Positions 60,290 through 64,000 of a DNA stretch of 64,000 nt are shown here, piece after piece; positions within the stretch are counted from its first letter, which is position 1, and each line of letters opens with the position of its first letter. Below the pieces are notes generated by a model. The model did not search any database. It saw nothing but the letters and a program-made list of their open reading frames with translations, and was not told where the DNA came from. Source of the DNA: Selaginella moellendorffii (lineage: Eukaryota; Plantae; Lycopodiophyta); the NCBI RefSeq assembly GCF_000143415.4, contig NW_003314301.1, forward strand, positions 1,604,981 through 1,668,980, read 5' to 3'. Made by a program: the position numbers and the translations under genes.

Positions 60290-60625
60290 TACGCTCCCTT
60301 TTCTGTTCAGACCGTGCAGATTTCTTATGTACTGAATGAAGTCATTCTCAGCCAAGGTGATCCACTGTAATATCGTTAGATGGTAAATCAATCAGAACAT
60401 GCAAACACAATCACCTGTGGCATCTCGTCAGTGTAGTTTTCATATGTGAAGTGGAGGTTTTTCTCCCCACTGAAGAATCTGATAGCCCCTCAATCAGTTC
60501 CTGTCAAAACAATGTGTTAGAAACAAGTGGAGTTTTAGTTTTTATTGAACCTTGCTGCCTCCTCTTGTGTCTCATATGCCCCTGCGCTTGGAAATTCAAA
60601 CATAAACAATGGCTCTTTAAATATA
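60290..60625 (-). pseudogene. AP2-domain gene fragment (type B)
   Basis: GAYETQEEAAR / IRFFSGEKNLHFTYENYTDEMPQ / WITLAENDFIQYI. Confidence 0.75.
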
Positions 60626-60788
60626 TAACAAAAAGCTCACGCAGTCGAATCGTACGACGCCTCAGCCTGCGGCAAAGATGAAAACCACAGTGTTAGAATG
60701 CTGAAGGTCTTTTGTTGGCTTAGATCAAATTTTACACTCAAGTAATGCAACTTGAGTCTGATCTTGGCATCATCCAAGTAGCTAGTGC

Positions 60789-61805
60789 TTACGTTATGGA
60801 AGCCGCCCAAGGGGCTTTGCGATTTTTGAGAAGATACACTCCGTTATGGTTTGATGCTCGAGGCTGAGTCTCCTTCGTCCCAGCGCCATATGCAAGAAGC
60901 TCCGGTGTATAGCAGAGCAACGACTGGCCACATGTTGATGAACTCCTTGTTGGGGAGATTGATCCACTGCAGCGAAAATCCAAGTGTTACATCGATCTTT
61001 AGAACTACCTGGAAGAACTAGTCTATAAGCGTTCCTATGATCATACCTGGGGTATCTTGTGCATGTAGTCTGAGTAGGGAAAGTTTGGGCAGTTTGTCCC
61101 ACGGAACTTGATGTAAGCTCGGTCATAGATCCTATTACTTATCAAAAAGTTTCTAGGAAAGAAAGAAGAAGACGAAGAACCTGGCTGCGGCTTCCTCGCT
61201 GCTGCATGAACCTATATAAATCTTCTTGTTGCTTTTGATGATCAGGAAAGAGAGAGAAAAAAAAAACCAAGTGTTTCTCTTCCTTGTAAAGGTTCTTCTC
61301 ACTTGGATGTATGCCACGATCTCCCTGGCCTTCTTCTTCGCACCCTTAGACGTTTTGATCCTAGAGCTCGAGCTGCGAGATGAAGCCTTGATCGCAGTCG
61401 AGGTTGGGAGTCTGTCCGTCGCTGAAGGTGATAGCAGACCTGTTCCTCCTCGAATACGTAGCACACATCCTCGGGGTCCTCGGGATCAAAGTGGAAGTCG
61501 TATCTAAATCTAAAGCTTGCTTGGAGATCCTCAAAGAAGCCCGAGTGAATCGCTTGGTGGCAGCCTTTGTTGCGGCCCAAGTGGCTATGGAGGGCACGTC
61601 CTTCTCCTCCATGGCAATCGCTGGATTATCATCACCACCCGACTCACCAGCGATGGAAGACAAGCTCGCTGGTTCTTCACTGCTATCTTCTTCAATATTC
61701 TCCAATATAATGATGAAGAGGTATCCAAGCATGCAGACAACTCCATTGCTTCCATCTCTAGTGCTAGACAGTGTCGCTTTGTTCTTCAATGCTGCTAGAG
61801 CTACT
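60789..61805 (-). pseudogene. euAP2-like pseudogene (type A), paralogue of 52321-53570
   Basis: KIYIGSCSSEEAAAR / IYDRAYIKFRGTNCPNFPYSDY / WINLPNKEFINM. The first AP2 exon is deleted and the 5' end abuts the LTR. Confidence 0.8.
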
Positions 61806-61811
61806 GGGGGC

Positions 61812-63987
61812 TGTAAGGGGTTCCAAAAGTATAATAGAAATAGTGAGGTTTAGGATAGAGTCTTGAAAGAACTCTCTAATGGTGCTTTTAAATTAACTTG
61901 ATATTGGGAATTAGGGTTAATAACTTTGGGTGGGAGTGAGTATAGACTTGGGTGGTGTTAAAAAAGCCACCTAAAGAAATGCTCAAAAGTAACTCTCACT
62001 TTTGGAAAGGAAACTGATTGCGGTGCTCCCCGCTCATATAGAGTGGTGCCCCATTTGAATATCATGTGGTTTATTAGTCCTCACTTGTTCTGCATTACCA
62101 TTATTTATAGTCTTTTGCTTTTTTTTTCGCTTCTCATCACATTTTAACTTACATATGAGGGTCTATTGGTATATGCCAATTGTCCTTCTAGAGTGTTCAA
62201 TCGAGCCTTGGATGACAAAACTTCACCACTAGACTATTGTTTCGTGCCTTGACTCAATGGTGGTGTTAGCAAGTATAACTATAGATGGAAAGGGACTTAG
62301 TAAAGACTGAAGAAGGGATATTGGGGAAGGGTATTCCTCATGTCTCTGAACATCCCAAAGATGTTTGTGAGACACAAAATCCTTAGGCCCCAAAGTGGAG
62401 CCGGAAGGGCGCCACATAGTAGTGGCCGAAGCGAGAGCCAAATGAGCGTAACATGTTTGGACCAAAAGCTCCGACTTGAAAAGTCAAGAGCGGGAGTGGA
62501 ACTCCCAACGAAGTGCTCGAGGAACGAGCACGAAACGAGCAAAAGGCGAGGCTCCAAAAAGGGACCCAAAAGGACCAACACATGACACGTGGGAGTGTCC
62601 GAGATGGACTCGAGTTGGAGTTCGAAGTGGAGTCCAAGATGGACCCGAGTTGGAGTCCGAAGTGGAGTCCAAGATGGACCCGAGTTGGAGTCCGAAGTGG
62701 AGTCCGAGATGGACCCGAGTTGGAGTCCGAAGTGGAGTCCGAGATGGACCCGAGATGGAGTCCGAGATGGAGTCCGAAGTGGAGTCCGAGGTGGACCCGA
62801 GATGGACCCGAGTTGGAGTCCGAAGTGGAGTCCAAGATGGAGTCCGAGATGGAGTCCGAGATGGAGTCCGAAGTCGAGACCGAGACCGGGACCGAGACCG
62901 AGACCGAGACCGAGCCTGAGCCCGAGTCCGAGTCTGAATCCGAGTCCAAGTCCGAGTCCGAGTCCGAGTCCGAGTCCGAGTCCGGAGCCTGAGAGGGTGA
63001 AAGCCCAAAGCGTTCGTCTCCCAGGCCCTGGGGGGTTTGGTGAGCTCCAAAAGTATAGTAGGGGGAGGACTGCAGTGGAGCCAGTTTGGCCAGGAAAGGC
63101 CAGTTTGGCCCAGGAAGGCCGGACCCAGTGTTGGGTGATGAGCTGCCCACTGGGAAGTCCAAGACTAGAGTGAACACAGACCGACAAGCGGGGTAGCTTG
63201 GTGAAGTGTTCAAGAGCCGGCTCTAGTTCCCCCGGGAGATTGACTGGCCGATGCTCCTAGTCCAAGTGTGGGTGGCACTACCTACTTGGATACCTGGTGT
63301 GGCTCAACGGAACCCGCTCTAAGCCCATGGCTAGAGCACCCAAGGGCAGAAGGCGAGGAGAGTACCCAGGTGGCTCGCGTAAGGCCACGGTGTTCCGAAA
63401 TGTTGTCCCAAAGGCCCAGACTGTGGAAAGGAAGAGGAGCAGTCCTCTGGGGTAGTGACCAAGGACACAGTCGTGTGGTGAGGAAGTCCCAGAGGACCGT
63501 GGGACTTAGTGGTCGGGCCTGTGGGTCTCGATCCAGTGGCAGTGTTGGCAAACACGGCCAGGGGCAGAAAGGGACTTAGTGGGGACTGACAGAGGGATAT
63601 TGGGGAAGGCTATTCCCCTTGTCAGTGGGCATCCTAAGGATGCTAAGGAGTGGATCTGAGATGACCACTCACGGATGGTTTGCCTAGTCTTGGAGAGCCA
63701 AGACAGTGATGCAAGTGGTATTGGACTACCAGTGTGGCAAAGGTGATTGGGCATGGCCTTAGCGTAACGGGCTGCTATGTCGGTGGTACCTTTGAGTGTC
63801 GGTCATGGGATCGGACACGTGGAGCACTTGGACCAAGTGCAAATATTGAGTGGCATGGATGCCATTCTCGGGGCTAGTAAGTCCCAAGTCCTGGATTGGA
63901 CTTATGGAGGTTGTGAATGAGACTCCTCCAAGTGGTCAGAGGTGTGGTTAAGTGACTAAAGTAGAATGGAAAATTTAGTCGCTTACA
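61812..63987 (+). mobile_element. 5' LTR of an LTR retrotransposon (left boundary 61812, or alternatively about 62366)
   Basis: TGTAAG...CTTACA inverted termini followed 3 nt later by a PBS. Confidence 0.85.
62597..62990 (+). repeat. LTR-internal minisatellite with 12-mers in a 36-bp higher-order period, then hexamers
   Basis: GAGATGGACCCGAGTTGGAGTCCGAAGTGGAGTCC-type units followed by (GAGACC)n and (GAGTCC)n. Confidence 0.95.
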
Positions 63988-63990
63988 ATT

Positions 63991-64000
63991 TGGTATCGGA
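63991..64000 (+). other. Primer binding site, tRNA-iMet type
   Basis: TGGTATCGGA lies right after the LTR end; the consensus is TGGTATCAGAGC. Confidence 0.8.

Noticed and set aside
62597-62880. CRISPR-like periodic array
   Set aside because: The units are contiguous with no unique spacers, there are no cas genes, and the context is a eukaryotic LTR.
62297-63213. Long ORFs in several frames, also at 4-465
   Set aside because: They arise from a stop-free LTR minisatellite and translate to low-complexity sequence.

Overview
Eukaryotic plant nuclear DNA. Tiny 43-70 nt GT-AG introns, very dense gene packing, a flagellar DRC4/GAS8 gene and PLS-type PPR sequences point to a seed-free plant with motile sperm, most consistent with the lycophyte Selaginella (inference). 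The core at about 4-34 kb carries intact genes: an AAA ATPase, an atypical MAPK with a TKM activation loop, an aspartic protease, an orphan membrane protein, mtKAS, DRC4, NUP93, a DUF3527 protein, SDH7 (recovered only partly by the ORF track), a group-A bZIP, UTP6 and two germins. The flanks (0-4 kb and 34-64 kb) are a mosaic of Ty3/gypsy remnants and LTRs, PPR and AP2 pseudogenes, and intron-bearing host gene fragments (pseudouridine kinase, TFIIA, FPS, CCR-like, IVD). Two apparently intact genes lie in this mosaic: a CYP71-clan P450 and an uncharacterised gene with isoprenoid-synthase-like motifs. The most notable observations are a canonical 47-nt spliceosomal-type intron inside a gypsy integrase, a same-strand train of captured gene fragments, repeated microhomology-bounded inversions, a PPR-derived perfect hairpin, and four same-strand genes separated by only 72-135 bp. 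Family assignments come from recalled motifs; no database search was run.
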